DNA from: an uncultured Acidobacteriota bacterium
GTDB lineage: Bacteria > Acidobacteriota > Vicinamibacteria > Vicinamibacterales > 2-12-FULL-66-21
Direction of reading: 5' to 3'
DNA: 64,000 bases
NCBI GenBank assembly: GCA_963695655.1
Contig: CAVOHG010000001.1
Span: 273,995-337,994, forward strand
This document shows positions 27,656 through 37,590 of the stretch, piece by piece. Under the pieces are notes generated by a model. That model saw only the letters and a program-made list of their open reading frames with translations. It was not told the origin of the DNA and ran no database searches. The stretch's first letter is position 1. Each line of letters starts with the position of its first letter. The translations under genes were made by a program, and so were the position numbers.

Positions 27656-28990
27656 GTGCATCAGGTTACGGACACCAGTTCTTGCGAGGGCTTAAAGCGC
27701 GTGCTCGGCCGATGGGACCTGACCGCGGTCGGGGTCAACCAGGTGATCGGCGGAGCCGTGTTCGCCCTCCCCGCGGCGCTGGCCGCGACAGCGGGAGCGT
27801 GGAGCCCGTGGATGGTTGCCGTCGTGGGACTGGCGTCGATGCTGATCGCGCTGTCGTTCGCGGAGGTGGCCAGCCGGTTCGATGGCACGGGCGGTCCGTA
27901 TCTCTACACCCGCGCGGCATTCGGACGGTTTGCCGCGTTTGAAGTGGGCTGGATGCAGTGGTTCACGCGGGCGTCGAGCTGGGCGGCGGTGGTCAGCGTG
28001 CTCGTTTCGTCACTGGGTTTCTACTGGCCGGGAGCGACCGCCACCGCGCCACGAGCGGTGCTCACCACGCTCATCATCGCGTTCATCGCGGCCGTCAATG
28101 TCAGCGGCATCAGGCAGAGCAGCCTGGTGGTCAACCTGCTCACGCTGGGGAAGCTCCTGCCGCTCGCGCTCTTCATCGTCGCCGGGCTCTGGTTCGTGGA
28201 TTGGACGCGGCTGGCCGCCCCCGCCCGAATGTCCGTTGCCGATCTGTCGTCGAGTGCCCTGCTGCTCGTGTACGCATTTGGCGGCTACGAAGTCATCCCG
28301 GTCGTCGCCGGGGAAACACGGAATCCGCGCCGAGACGTACCATTCGCGCTGATCATGACGATTCTCGTCGTCACGTGTGTCACGACACTGGCGCAGGTCG
28401 TCAGCATCGGCACGCTCCCGACGCTCGCGGCATCGACGACGCCACTCGCTGATGCGGCGGCACATTTCATGGGGGCCGGCGGAGCCGCGATGATCACCCT
28501 CGCGGCAGTGCTCTCGACCTCGGGCAACAACATGGGCCAGGCGCTCTCGGGGTCGCGCAACCTGTTTGCGCTGGCGGAGCAGAAGGACCTGCCGGCGTTG
28601 TTTGGACGGATCCACCCGACGTTGCGCACGCCGGTGAACGCGATCCTCGTCACCGCCGCAGTTGCGCTCGCACTGGCGCTCTCGGGGAGCTTCCAGTTGC
28701 TTGCCGCGGCCAGCGCGATCAGCCGCCTTCTCGTCTACGTCGCGACCTGTGCGGCGACGCTGCGCCTCCGCCACCCGCAATTCACGTCGATCGTGAAGCC
28801 TGCCGTGTTCGTCGTGAGGGGCGGGCCGGTCATACCGCTCGCCGCGATCGTCGTCGCTCTCGCGATCCTGGCCGGCGCCAGTCCGTTGCAGCTCGCCTCA
28901 GGCACCACCGCGCTGGTCGCCGGCGCCGGTCTCTACCTGATTGCGGTCAAGCGTCCTGCCGGAGATCGGGTCGCAGTCACTCAGCGCTGA
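27656..28990 (+). CDS. APC-superfamily amino-acid permease
   Basis: About 12 TM. LTAVGVNQVIGGAVFALPAALA...AFGGYEVIPVVAGETRNPRRDVP. Start uncertain: in-frame GTG 27656 or TTG 27617. The track start 27473 would overlap the divergent M28 gene. Confidence 0.75.
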   Translation: MHQVTDTSSCEGLKRVLGRWDLTAVGVNQVIGGAVFALPAALAATAGAWSPWMVAVVGLASMLIALSFAEVASRFDGTGGPYLYTRAAFGRFAAFEVGWMQWFTRASSWAAVVSVLVSSLGFYWPGATATAPRAVLTTLIIAFIAAVNVSGIRQSSLVVNLLTLGKLLPLALFIVAGLWFVDWTRLAAPARMSVADLSSSALLLVYAFGGYEVIPVVAGETRNPRRDVPFALIMTILVVTCVTTLAQVVSIGTLPTLAASTTPLADAAAHFMGAGGAAMITLAAVLSTSGNNMGQALSGSRNLFALAEQKDLPALFGRIHPTLRTPVNAILVTAAVALALALSGSFQLLAAASAISRLLVYVATCAATLRLRHPQFTSIVKPAVFVVRGGPVIPLAAIVVALAILAGASPLQLASGTTALVAGAGLYLIAVKRPAGDRVAVTQR

Positions 28991-29738
28991 TCTGGAGCAC
29001 GTCGCACTTCCACACCGCGGCGGCGAACGCCATCGGTGTCATCAGCGCAAGCACCCAGATGATCAGCGTCAGCACCAGCTGCGCGCCGCTGTTCGGAGCG
29101 ACTGTCGCAAGGACCGGCGCAAAGAGCGCGGCCAGTGCGCCGCCAGCAATCTGGCTGAACAGGATCAACTCGATCGGTCGCTTGAGATCGGCGGGCCCGT
29201 TCTGCTGCAGCTCGCGATGGCTGCGCGCGAGCGACACGATCGCCGTGACCGGCAGCACGATGACCAGGAGGACAGCCAGCGGGAAGCCGAAGACGATGAG
29301 GGCGAGCACGTACGGAAGCTTCAACCCGTCCACGCTGGCAGGGGCGAACCATACGAGCCCGGCGATCGTCACCGGCGCGAGGCAATAGCCCACCGCCATC
29401 TGCACGCCCGACGTTCTGATCCAGGGCCGCCGGCGCGGAAACACCTGCGTGAAGTGGAACAGCAGCAGCGCGCCCACCGCCAGCGCCGCAGTGACCATCG
29501 CTGTCGACGCGACCGGCAGCTTGAGCTGGTCCGTCGACCCACGCAGCCACCAGAAGGTCGGCACACTGAGGGCGACGAAGTTGGCGATCGAGAGCGCGAG
29601 AAATACCCGCGTGCGGATGTCGCGCGTGGCGCGCATCCATGCAGCAGCCCCAACGGCGACATAGATGATCGCCGCAAGTGCCTGGGTGATGCCGTCGATG
29701 CGAGTGAAAACCGGCGCAGGGATCGTCGTCAGGTCCAT
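28977..29738 (-). CDS. hypothetical polytopic membrane protein (7 predicted TM helices)
   Basis: 253 aa dominated by hydrophobic helices separated by short basic loops. No family recognised. Overlaps the permease end by 14 nt (convergent). Confidence 0.55.
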   Translation of the reverse strand: MDLTTIPAPVFTRIDGITQALAAIIYVAVGAAAWMRATRDIRTRVFLALSIANFVALSVPTFWWLRGSTDQLKLPVASTAMVTAALAVGALLLFHFTQVFPRRRPWIRTSGVQMAVGYCLAPVTIAGLVWFAPASVDGLKLPYVLALIVFGFPLAVLLVIVLPVTAIVSLARSHRELQQNGPADLKRPIELILFSQIAGGALAALFAPVLATVAPNSGAQLVLTLIIWVLALMTPMAFAAAVWKCDVLQISAE

Positions 29739-29802
29739 TGAGTCTTCGACATTGTCGGCCCGAAGCGCCGGGACGGCAACCCTGGCAGCCTTTGACCCCT
29801 GG

Positions 29803-31536
29803 TCAGTCGGTCGGGGTGCTGGAGCGGCGGTAGACGATTTTGCCGTCGAAGACCGTGACCGCGACTTTCGCGGCCGAGATGCGCGACGAGGACGCGAGGA
29901 AGATGTCGTTCGAGAGAACGACCAGATCCGCGAGCATGCCGGGCTTCAGCGATCCCTTTCGCTGTTCATCGAACGAGGCGTACGCGGGGACCGAGGTAAA
30001 CGAATCGATCGCGCGCTTGAGGGTGACGGCTTCGGCAGGATTCCAGGGATCCTCCGGCGCTGTCTCGTCGGACCGGGTGACCGCGGCCTGAATTGCCGCC
30101 AGCGGGTTGGGTGACGCGGCAGGCCAGCCGGTCGCGAACGCGACCCGGCCGTGTGCCGCCGAGATGCTCGCGACCGGCCACGCGTGAGCGGCCCGATCTT
30201 CGCCGGTGATTCGATTCCAGGCGTCTAGTCGACCCGGGAATGGCGTCGCCTCATATGGCCGCAGCAATGCGATAGTCCCGAGCCGCGCAAATCTCGGGAG
30301 GTCGTCCGGCTGGAGCAACGCGACGTGTCCGATTCGGTGCCGCCGTCCACGCGCCGGTTTGGGATTCGAACGCTCGGCGTGGGTGTACGCGTCGAGGGCC
30401 ATGCGCACGGCGCGATCGCCAAACGCGTCGAGCGTCACCTGCCAGCCCCGGGCATCGAGCATCCGAACGAGCTTGTTCAACGCGTCGGGAGCGATCGAGG
30501 TGTCGCCCGCGACCGCCGGGGGACCCGGAGATGGCTCGACCAGGGCCGCTTCAGAGGACTCCACAGGACCATCGAGCGCAATCCTGGCGCCGCCGACTTT
30601 GAAAAGCGGGTCATCCGGGTACTTGCTGGAGAGCGACTCGAGCGTGCCGAAGTCCTCAGCCGTCGTCTGCTCACTCACGCCGACCGACGAATAGACGCGC
30701 AGGTTCAGCTCGCCGGCGAGCCGCGCCTCTTCATAGACCGCGAATGCGTCCGGTGTCACGGCGGCGTCCTGCACGCTCGTGACGCCGTTCTCGTGCGCGG
30801 CGGCAATCGCGGTCTGAAGCGCCCGTGCGCGCTGTGCATGCGTTGGCTGCGGGAGGTGGCGCGATGCCAGGGCAACCGCTGATGCCGTCAATACGCCGGT
30901 CGGTTCGCCGGTCCGCGGATCCTTCTCGATCACGCCGCCCTCCGGGCTGGCCGTACGGCGCGTCACTCCCGCGAGTCGTAACGCGTTCGTATTCAGCCAG
31001 GCGGAACGGCCATCGGCGGAGAGCATGTAGGCGGGGCGATCGGGCACCGCCGCGTCGAGCAGTTGCCTGGTCGGCAATCCACCCTTCGCCTGCTGGCTCG
31101 ACCAGCCACGGCCGATGACCCATTCGCGCACCGGGTTCGCCTCCGCCCAGTCGCTGATCCGCGCCTGGGCCTCCTCGATGCTGCCGGCGCCGAGCAGATC
31201 GACCCCGTCGAGCGCGAGCGCACCATCCGTGAACTGGACGTCGGCATCGTTGAAGCCTGGCAGGACCGCGGCGCCGTGCGCGTCCACGACGATCGTCTGC
31301 GGCCGGCGAAGGCGTCCGATTTCGCGGTCACTGCCGACCCGAAGGATCTGGTTACCGCGAATGGCGACCGCCTCCGCCATCTTGCCGGAGCCGTCAGCCG
31401 TATAAACTTTGGCGTTGAAGACGATCAGATCGACAGGGCCGTCGCTGTCGTCACGCTGTGCTCCGACGATCAGGCCGGCAATGAGGGTCGCGGCGACAAT
31501 CGCGACAACGACGTAGGTGGTGAGGCGGGCGGCCAT
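29803..31536 (-). CDS. membrane-anchored amidohydrolase-3 (YtcJ-like) family protein with degenerate metal-ligand motifs
   Basis: 577 aa. N-terminal TM MAARLTTYVVVAIVAATLIAGLIV. Overall YtcJ-like layout, but the usual PGFIDxHxH reads PGFNDADVQF, HAIGD reads DAFGDRAV, and GSDxP reads ATGWPAASPNP. Confidence 0.7.
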   Translation of the reverse strand: MAARLTTYVVVAIVAATLIAGLIVGAQRDDSDGPVDLIVFNAKVYTADGSGKMAEAVAIRGNQILRVGSDREIGRLRRPQTIVVDAHGAAVLPGFNDADVQFTDGALALDGVDLLGAGSIEEAQARISDWAEANPVREWVIGRGWSSQQAKGGLPTRQLLDAAVPDRPAYMLSADGRSAWLNTNALRLAGVTRRTASPEGGVIEKDPRTGEPTGVLTASAVALASRHLPQPTHAQRARALQTAIAAAHENGVTSVQDAAVTPDAFAVYEEARLAGELNLRVYSSVGVSEQTTAEDFGTLESLSSKYPDDPLFKVGGARIALDGPVESSEAALVEPSPGPPAVAGDTSIAPDALNKLVRMLDARGWQVTLDAFGDRAVRMALDAYTHAERSNPKPARGRRHRIGHVALLQPDDLPRFARLGTIALLRPYEATPFPGRLDAWNRITGEDRAAHAWPVASISAAHGRVAFATGWPAASPNPLAAIQAAVTRSDETAPEDPWNPAEAVTLKRAIDSFTSVPAYASFDEQRKGSLKPGMLADLVVLSNDIFLASSSRISAAKVAVTVFDGKIVYRRSSTPTD

Positions 31537-31741
31537 GGCATGTTCCGGGCGCGACGGTCCGACCCGCCCGGCGTCCGGCCTAGGTGTCGCATTCTAGCAT
31601 GCGTGCTGTACGCGAGAGGGGGCAGGCGCTGCACGAGGTTCAGCCGGCCGCACATTTCCGTAAGTGACTAGCTGGTCAAGATGGCTGCCTCGCTCCTCGG
31701 CCGAGCGGCCGACTGGACGGGCGCAAAGAGGGTAGACAAGG

Positions 31742-32680
31742 ATGAAGTTTTCGATTCTCGGATCCGGTGCCGTTGGGGGTTATTACGGTGCACTGCTGGC
31801 GCGTGCCGGGCACGACGTCACATTCGTCGCGCGCGGCGCGCACCTGGATGCGATTCGTGAGTACGGCATCAAGATTCGCAGTGCCTCAGTTGGCGATTTC
31901 GCCGTACGCGCCCGGGCGGAATCCGACACGGCCATAGTCGGGCCGGTCGATATCGTGATCGTCGCGGTCAAGGCATACGACAATTCAACCGCCCTTCCTC
32001 TCATCCGGCCGATGCTCGGTCCGCTCACGTCCGTCCTCAGTCTCCAGAACGGCATCGACAGCGCTGGCGCCGTTGCCGCGGTGATTGGCGAGAAGCCTGT
32101 GATCGGCGGCGCGACGTACATTGCCACCGCGCTTGCGGAGCCCGGCCTCATAGTGCAGACCGGGACACACCGCCGCATCGTCTTCGGGGAAGTCTTCGGG
32201 GCTTTGCCGCGGTTGTCCGGCCGCGTCCGTGAACTGGAGCAGGTCCTTGCCGGAGCCGACATCCAGGCGGAGGCGGTCGATGACGGCCGGGTGCGGATCT
32301 GGGAAAAGTTCATCTTCCTGGCGACGCTTGCAGGGTTCACCGGCGCGTCGCGGCTGCCGATCGGGCCGCTCTGGGCCGATCCCCAGGTGCGCGCCCAGTT
32401 CCTGGAGGGCTGCCGTGAAGTCGAACGGCTGGCCCGCGCCGAAGGAATCGGGATCGCCGCCGATGTGATCGACCGGATCGAAGCCTACGCCGCGGGGATT
32501 CCGGGAACCATGCGGTCTTCGCTGCTGATCGATCTCGCGTTGGGGAAACGCATCGAAGTAGAGGCACTGCAGGGCGCCGTCGTCCGCCGCGCCGCCGCCG
32601 CAGGCGTGCCCGTTCCGATCATGTCGACGTTGTATGCGCTGCTGAAGCCCTTTGCCGAAGGGGCACCCCGATCCGCTTGA
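31742..32680 (+). CDS. panE: 2-dehydropantoate 2-reductase
   Basis: MKFSILGSGAVGGYYGALLARAGHDVTFVARG Rossmann N-terminus, ApbA C-terminal domain (SSLLIDLALGKRIEVEALQGAVV). Confidence 0.85.
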   Translation: MKFSILGSGAVGGYYGALLARAGHDVTFVARGAHLDAIREYGIKIRSASVGDFAVRARAESDTAIVGPVDIVIVAVKAYDNSTALPLIRPMLGPLTSVLSLQNGIDSAGAVAAVIGEKPVIGGATYIATALAEPGLIVQTGTHRRIVFGEVFGALPRLSGRVRELEQVLAGADIQAEAVDDGRVRIWEKFIFLATLAGFTGASRLPIGPLWADPQVRAQFLEGCREVERLARAEGIGIAADVIDRIEAYAAGIPGTMRSSLLIDLALGKRIEVEALQGAVVRRAAAAGVPVPIMSTLYALLKPFAEGAPRSA

Positions 32681-34925
32681 GCACCGCTTCGAACCGCGGC
32701 TGCCCGTGCAGTGCCCGCAGCCCGGGGTCGACGCCGAGAAACACGCACCCGCCGATGTGGAGGTCGACCATGCGTTCGACGTGGTCGAGAGCGTCGTCGA
32801 ACCGGCCGACGTTGTGAAGCACGATCGCGAAGGCAAAATTGATCATCGGCGCCGGCGCAGCAGTCGCGACCGACTCCATCAGTTCGAGGCGCTTGCGCCA
32901 GTAGCCGGTCGCGCCGCCGCTTCGGAACGCCTCGGCCAGCGCCCTGCCGTCGAACGCCACGCCCCAGCAGCGCTGCTGGGTGATGAGTTCGGCGGCCTTT
33001 TCGTATTCGCCCAGCGTTTCGTACGACGAGATCAACACATTTCCAGCCTCTTCGAAGCCGGGGACGATCTCGCGCGTCTTCAAGGCCTCACGCGCGGCGT
33101 CCGCCGGACGCCCGGCAAAGTGATGCATCCACGACACACCGGCATTGATGAACAAGGACAGCGGGTCCAGTTCGCGCGCGTGCAGAACGTGCTCCTTCGC
33201 CTCCTCGTGGCGACCGCAGGTGCCGAGCACGAGACCGTATACCGAGTGCGCCAGCGCCAGCTTGGGGTTGAGCCGGATCGCCATCTGCAGCTCACGCTCG
33301 GCCGCAGGCCAGTCCCAGCCCCAGAACAGCCGCTCGATCCCGAGCGTGACGTGCGAATCCGCGAGGTCGGGGTCGAGCTCGACCGCACGCCGCGCCGCGG
33401 CGCCCGCGCGCGGGAACCCCTCGCCCGGCGGTACGAACCCGTAGTACGCCATCGCGCCGAATGCGTCGCCGAGGCCGGCGTAAGCGAGCGCGTACGCCGG
33501 ATCGAGGTCGATCGCGCGCTCGAAGTGATCGCGCGCGCGCCTCAGACTGTCCTGTGAAAAGTTGTTCCAGTGATAGCGGCCGCGCAGGTATTCCTGATAC
33601 GCATCGGGGTTGACCGTCGCGCGCCGGCGCAGCTTCTTCTTCTGCTCGCCGGTGAGCTTCAGCCGCAGCGACTCTGAGATCTGCCAGGCGATCTCCTCCT
33701 GGACGACGATCAGATCTGTGCTCTTCTGGCGGAACTGCTCGCCCCACAGCTGCGACTCGGTGTTCGTGTCGACGAGTTCGGCCTGGATGTTCAGCACGTC
33801 ACCGTGGCGCACGATTCGTCCGGTCAGAATCGTGCGGGCATTCAGCGCCAGGCCGACGGTCGCGGGATCCGCCTGCAGGCCTTTGTAGCGAAACGCCACG
33901 CTCCGCGGGATCACCCGGATTCCCGACAGCTGTGACAGGCTGTTGATGACGCTTTCGGTGATCCCGTCGGCGATGTACTCGATCTGCGGATCGCCCGAGG
34001 GGTTCAGGAAGGGGAGCACGGCGAGCGACTTGCCGCGTGCGCGCGGCCGTCGGCCGGTCGCGCCGGCAGTCGACCCGCTCAGGAGCGATCTGAGCGCGAG
34101 GGCAAGGTCCTGGCCCGAAGCAAACCGCCTCTCGCGGTCGCGTTCCACGCATCGCGACACCACGGTTCGCAGTTCAGGAGGCGCGAGCGGGTCGAACGAC
34201 GATGACAGCATTGGCCGTGAGTCGTGCATCAGGCTCGCGACGATCTCCTGCGGCGTGGCGCCGTTGAAGAGGCGGCTGCCGCTCAGCATTTCGTAGATCA
34301 GGCAGCCGGCGGCAAAGATGTCGCTCCGTCCATCGACACGCTCGCCCAGCACCTGCTCCGGTGACATGTATCCGAACGTGCCGAGGACAACTCCGAGGGC
34401 CGTGCGTGCGACGGTTCCGGCCTCGGTCGCGCCTTCCGTCAGCTGCAGGCGCTGCAGCGCCAGGCCGAAATCCAGAATCTTCACCCCCTCGTCAGAGGTG
34501 AGAAAGACGTTCTCTGGTTTGAGATCGCGGTGGACGACCCCCTTGCCGTGCGCTGCCGCCAGTCCATCGGCGATAGCGCTGCCGATCCGCGCCGCCTCGC
34601 GCCAGCCGATCGGCCCTTTTCGCAGGCGGCTGCGAAGCGTCTCTCCTTCGAGCAGTTCCATCACCGCAACCGGAAAGCCGTCGAAAAACGCCAGTTCGTA
34701 GATCGCGAGGATGTTGGGATGCGACAGGGAGGCGATGGACTTGGCTTCGGTCTCGAAGCGGTGGCGCATGGCGGGGTCGGACGCGACATGATCCGCCATC
34801 ACCTTGATCGCGACGTCGCGGTCGAGCCGGGTATCGCGCGCCCGATACACTTCGCCCATCCCCCCCGAACCAAGGGGAGCGACGATCTGGTACTGGGCAA
34901 GGCGAAGCCCGGGTGTTAACAGCAT
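32619..34925 (-). CDS. Ser/Thr protein kinase with C-terminal TolB-N-like/TPR region
   Basis: 768 aa from ATG 34925. LGSGGMGEVYRARD, VAIKVM, HRDLKPENVFL, DFGLA, SPEQ. C-terminal half has TPR-like repeats. The 3' end overlaps panE by 62 nt (convergent). Confidence 0.85.
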   Translation of the reverse strand: MLLTPGLRLAQYQIVAPLGSGGMGEVYRARDTRLDRDVAIKVMADHVASDPAMRHRFETEAKSIASLSHPNILAIYELAFFDGFPVAVMELLEGETLRSRLRKGPIGWREAARIGSAIADGLAAAHGKGVVHRDLKPENVFLTSDEGVKILDFGLALQRLQLTEGATEAGTVARTALGVVLGTFGYMSPEQVLGERVDGRSDIFAAGCLIYEMLSGSRLFNGATPQEIVASLMHDSRPMLSSSFDPLAPPELRTVVSRCVERDRERRFASGQDLALALRSLLSGSTAGATGRRPRARGKSLAVLPFLNPSGDPQIEYIADGITESVINSLSQLSGIRVIPRSVAFRYKGLQADPATVGLALNARTILTGRIVRHGDVLNIQAELVDTNTESQLWGEQFRQKSTDLIVVQEEIAWQISESLRLKLTGEQKKKLRRRATVNPDAYQEYLRGRYHWNNFSQDSLRRARDHFERAIDLDPAYALAYAGLGDAFGAMAYYGFVPPGEGFPRAGAAARRAVELDPDLADSHVTLGIERLFWGWDWPAAERELQMAIRLNPKLALAHSVYGLVLGTCGRHEEAKEHVLHARELDPLSLFINAGVSWMHHFAGRPADAAREALKTREIVPGFEEAGNVLISSYETLGEYEKAAELITQQRCWGVAFDGRALAEAFRSGGATGYWRKRLELMESVATAAPAPMINFAFAIVLHNVGRFDDALDHVERMVDLHIGGCVFLGVDPGLRALHGQPRFEAVLKRIGVPLRQRASAAHTTST

Positions 34926-34978
34926 GCAGACCCTGGAAAGTCTCCCATTGTATGCGGCTGCCGACGCGTCGCGCCAGC

Positions 34979-36355
34979 TTAGCCGCGGCCCCGAGGCGAG
35001 GACAGGCGGCGATATTCGGCCATCCCGCCGCGCACACTCATCACTGAACGGAAACCCGCGCGCGAGAGGATGCTGGCGGCCAGCGAGGCCCGGCCGCCGC
35101 TCTCGCAAACGGTTGCGACCGGCTGGTCACGCGGCACGTCGGCGAGCCGCTCGACCAGGTGGCCAACCGGCAGGTTGACGGAGCCTGCGACGTGCCCGCT
35201 CTGCCATTCTGCCGCGGTTCTTACGTCCAGAACGGTCAGTCTGCCGAGAGTCAGCCGCTCGGCCAGTTCCCGAGCGTCCACCGTCCCTGATTCCGCCGTC
35301 GGAAGCCGGGCCGCCTCCCATGCTGACGCGCCGCCCTCGACGTAGCCGATGACGGAATCGAACCCGACGCGAAGCAGTTGACGCGCCGCCTCGGTGGCCT
35401 CGGTCTCGTCCGAGGCAAGGAACACGATGCGGGCGCCGGCAGGAATCACCCACCCCGCCCAATAGCCAACCTTCGGACCGAACGCGATATTGAGCGCGCC
35501 ATCCGGGTGGGACGCGGAGAACGCCTCCGCGTCTCGAAGATCGATGAGAATGGCGCCGTCTTCGAGCGCGCCCTGCGCGGCGCCCGCGTCGATCGCGCCG
35601 ACACCGCGCCATCGCTCGGCGAGTCCCAGCAGCGTGGGGCCCTCACGGTTGATCCTCTTCATCCGGCCGAAATACGGCGGGGTGTCGGGCAAATCGCCGA
35701 GGACGCTCGACACGAATCCGTCACGTGTGGTCGGCCGCAGCATGGGATTGGTCAGCCGCTCGCGCCCGATCGTCGACTGCCGGTCGGCACCGATGTGCGC
35801 GCCGCAGAGCGAGCCCGCGCCGTGTCCCGGGTGAAGTTCCACCGCATCCCCGAGCGCCATGATTTTGCCGGTCAGCGAGTCGTACAGTTCCCCCGCGAGG
35901 GTGCGCATCTGCTCGGGACCGAGCAGGTCCGGCCGTCCGACCGCCCCGACGAACAGGGTGTCGCCAGAAAAGAGGCGTGCGGCCTCACCGCCCCCCGTTA
36001 TCAGCACGCATACGTGTTCCGGCGTGTGCCCTGGGGTATGAAGGAATTCGAGCGTCAGGTCGCCGAGCGGCACGCGTTCACCGTCGCGGGCTTCGTGCGC
36101 CGCGAACCCCAGCGCCGACCCAGGGCCGGCAAGGACCCGCGCGCCGATGGCGGCGAGCTCTCGCGCCCCCGATACGAAGTCGGCATGGATGTGGGTCTCG
36201 ATCGCGGCGACGATCTCGATGCCATACTGGCGCGCGGCCGCAACGTAGACATCGACGTCACGTCTCGGATCGAGGACGACGCCTTGCCGTGTGCGTTCGC
36301 ACCCGACGAGGTACGACGCTTGCGCGAGCCCTTCTTCGAAGAAACGCAGGAACAT
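34979..36355 (-). CDS. MBL-fold persulfide-dioxygenase-like domain fused to two rhodanese domains
   Basis: 458 aa from ATG 36355. ETHIHADFVSG (HxHxDH), HTPGHTPEH, then two rhodanese-like modules, the last with active-site loop VCESGGRAS. The 711-aa track ORF is an over-extension. Confidence 0.85.
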   Translation of the reverse strand: MFLRFFEEGLAQASYLVGCERTRQGVVLDPRRDVDVYVAAARQYGIEIVAAIETHIHADFVSGARELAAIGARVLAGPGSALGFAAHEARDGERVPLGDLTLEFLHTPGHTPEHVCVLITGGGEAARLFSGDTLFVGAVGRPDLLGPEQMRTLAGELYDSLTGKIMALGDAVELHPGHGAGSLCGAHIGADRQSTIGRERLTNPMLRPTTRDGFVSSVLGDLPDTPPYFGRMKRINREGPTLLGLAERWRGVGAIDAGAAQGALEDGAILIDLRDAEAFSASHPDGALNIAFGPKVGYWAGWVIPAGARIVFLASDETEATEAARQLLRVGFDSVIGYVEGGASAWEAARLPTAESGTVDARELAERLTLGRLTVLDVRTAAEWQSGHVAGSVNLPVGHLVERLADVPRDQPVATVCESGGRASLAASILSRAGFRSVMSVRGGMAEYRRLSSPRGRG

Positions 36356-36448
36356 TCGTGGCCAGCAGGGATGATAGCGCGTCCTCCGGTCACAGCCGGG
36401 TACAACATCGGGTAAGATGACGCCTGAGGCGACGCCTCGATCCCCACA

Positions 36449-37279
36449 GTGCCCGCCGTTACTCCGGCCCTTGTCGCAATCGTGATGGCTGCCGGTGTCA
36501 TCGCCGGCGGCCTCGGTTCTCTCCTCGGCATTGGCGGCGGCGTCTTCCTCGTACCCTTTCTGAACGCTGCGCTCGGCATCGACTTCAAAGTGGCCGCCGC
36601 GATCAGTCTTGTCACGGTGATCGCCACGTCGAGCGCGGTTTCCGCCGGCACCGCGGGCCGTCACCTGATCAACCTGCGGCTCGGAATGCTTCTCGAAGTC
36701 GCCTCCGCCGCCGGCGGCATTGCTGCGGCCACGACGATGGCCTATGTCTCGGATGTCGCCCTGGAGCGGGGGTTTGCTGTCGTGGCGGCGCTCATCTCGG
36801 TGCTCATGTTCTCGCGTCTCGAGCGTCGAAACGTCATTCTCGACGGCACCGTCGATCCGGGCATGTTGGGCGGCCGATACTATGACGACGAGAGCGCGGC
36901 GGAAGTAGTTTACCGGGTCAGGCGGCTGCCGGCGGCGCTCGGCGTCTCGTTCGCGGCGGGGAACATCTCGGCCGCGTTCGGAATCGGCGGCGGCATTCTC
37001 AAGGTTCCAGCCCTGAACGCCTGGTGCGGCGTACCGATCCGCGCGGCGGCCGCGACCAGCTCGCTGATGATCGGCGTCACCGCCGTCGCCTCGGTGCCGA
37101 TCCAATACGCCCACGGTTATGTGAACCCGCCGCTCGCCGCCGGCGCCGTCCTGGGTGTGCTGGTCGGATCGAACGCCGGCCTGTGGGTTGGCGGCCGCGC
37201 CCGCGCCAAGTGGCTGAAGCTGCTGATGGCGGCAGTCCTCGCGGCGGTGTCGATGGTCTACCTGCGGAGGAGCTTGTGA
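36449..37279 (+). CDS. TauE/SafE-family sulfite/anion exporter (DUF81)
   Basis: 276 aa, about 8 TM. GGLGSLLGIGGGVFLVPFL and a second GIGGGILKVPAL repeat. GTG start 36449. Confidence 0.8.
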   Translation: MPAVTPALVAIVMAAGVIAGGLGSLLGIGGGVFLVPFLNAALGIDFKVAAAISLVTVIATSSAVSAGTAGRHLINLRLGMLLEVASAAGGIAAATTMAYVSDVALERGFAVVAALISVLMFSRLERRNVILDGTVDPGMLGGRYYDDESAAEVVYRVRRLPAALGVSFAAGNISAAFGIGGGILKVPALNAWCGVPIRAAAATSSLMIGVTAVASVPIQYAHGYVNPPLAAGAVLGVLVGSNAGLWVGGRARAKWLKLLMAAVLAAVSMVYLRRSL

Positions 37280-37584
37280 CCGCGGGGCCCGAGTCCCTCA
37301 GTCAACTCGAACGGCAGCTCGGACGCCTGCTCGTGACCGGCGTAGTCGTCAGCGCCGTGCTCCTCGCAGGCGGATTGGCGCTGTGGCTTCGCGACGCGGC
37401 GGGAGCCTCGACGGTCTGGCTCCTGGACGCCGGCCTCATCGCGTTGATGGCCACGCCGATCTTACGGGTTGTCGTGTCGTTTGCGGAGTATGTCCGCATG
37501 CGCGACTGGTTCTTCGTCGCGATGACGATGGTGGTGCTCGCCGAGCTGACGCTGACCGTGATCGTCGCGTTCCGCCACCACTAG
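37276..37584 (+). CDS. DUF1634 membrane protein (usual TauE partner)
   Basis: 102 aa from GTG 37276 overlapping the tauE stop (GTGA). Three TM helices. LDAGLIALMATPILRVVVSFAEY pattern. Confidence 0.65.
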   Translation: MTAGPESLSQLERQLGRLLVTGVVVSAVLLAGGLALWLRDAAGASTVWLLDAGLIALMATPILRVVVSFAEYVRMRDWFFVAMTMVVLAELTLTVIVAFRHH

Positions 37585-37590
37585 TGGCCG

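Noticed and set aside
34979-37114. 711-aa version of the MBL-rhodanese gene, and 551-aa (143-1798), 497-aa (1962-3455) and 829-aa (32619-35108) versions of argJ, argD and the kinase.
   Set aside because: The N-terminal extensions are Arg/Gly-rich, overlap neighbouring genes, and precede internal starts that open with family-typical N-termini.
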